Made by a program: the position numbers and the translations under genes. The notes below the pieces were generated by a model, which did no database searches, was not told the origin of the DNA, and saw only the letters and a list, made by a program, of their open reading frames with translations. From Alphaproteobacteria bacterium (GTDB lineage: Bacteria; Pseudomonadota; Alphaproteobacteria; JAQWUY01): a DNA stretch of 64,000 nt. Location of the stretch: NCBI GenBank assembly GCA_029250225.1, contig JAQWUY010000031.1, positions 87,705-151,704 of the forward strand, written 5' to 3'. This document shows, one piece after another, positions 63,949 through 64,000 of this stretch. Within the stretch, counting starts at the first letter, position 1. Each line of letters begins with the position of its first letter.

Positions 63949-64000
63949 TAAATAATTTGTATTTTTATTAAAATTTCTTAATAAAAATAATAAAATTATA

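Noticed and set aside
63949-64000. Possible 3' end of nuoK upstream of nuoL
   Set aside because: Only 52 nt remain, and I could not fix a reading frame ending cleanly before nuoL. It is not reported as a feature.

Overview
This is a 64-kb segment of a very AT-rich (about 30% GC, judged by eye) bacterial chromosome. It is densely packed, with about 55 protein genes, one tRNA and short intergenic spacers. Gene content and order point to an alphaproteobacterium with a reduced genome, probably an intracellular Rickettsiales- or Holosporales-like organism. The evidence is a gatCAB operon, lpxA-lpxI-lpxB, bamA-skp-fabZ, the dxr-cdsA-uppS-frr-pyrH-tsf-rpsB block, nuoLMN, RNase J, LpxI, a GAAC-N7-GAAC LexA box, and the run rnc-era-lepB-acpS-rsh-rpoZ-smpB-dapA. 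The presence of lexA and a full-length Rsh argues against classical Rickettsia or Anaplasmataceae. Almost everything here is core housekeeping: translation, replication (dnaE, topA, parC, recO, dprA), envelope biogenesis and central metabolism. The one clearly accessory spot is a 1.3-kb islet between tRNA-Glu(UUC) and gatB (about 10020-11286). It holds an intact stand-alone gene with a GIY-YIG-like (T5orf172-type) N-terminal domain and a small C-terminal module. It also holds an acidic 104-aa orphan ORF, and two ~55-80 bp direct repeats that are copies of the promoter plus 5' end of the T5orf172 gene. I read this as decayed tandem paralogues whose promoter/start module now drives the orphan ORF. 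Other points of interest are an autoregulatory alphaproteobacterial SOS box upstream of lexA, a ComEC lacking the metallo-beta-lactamase nuclease domain, and lpxD missing from its usual slot between skp and fabZ. Several six-frame-track ORFs are over-extended at the N-terminus through TTG starts. No CRISPR array, rRNA, transposase or integrase was found. Many track ORFs under 120 aa lie antisense inside conserved genes and are treated as spurious.
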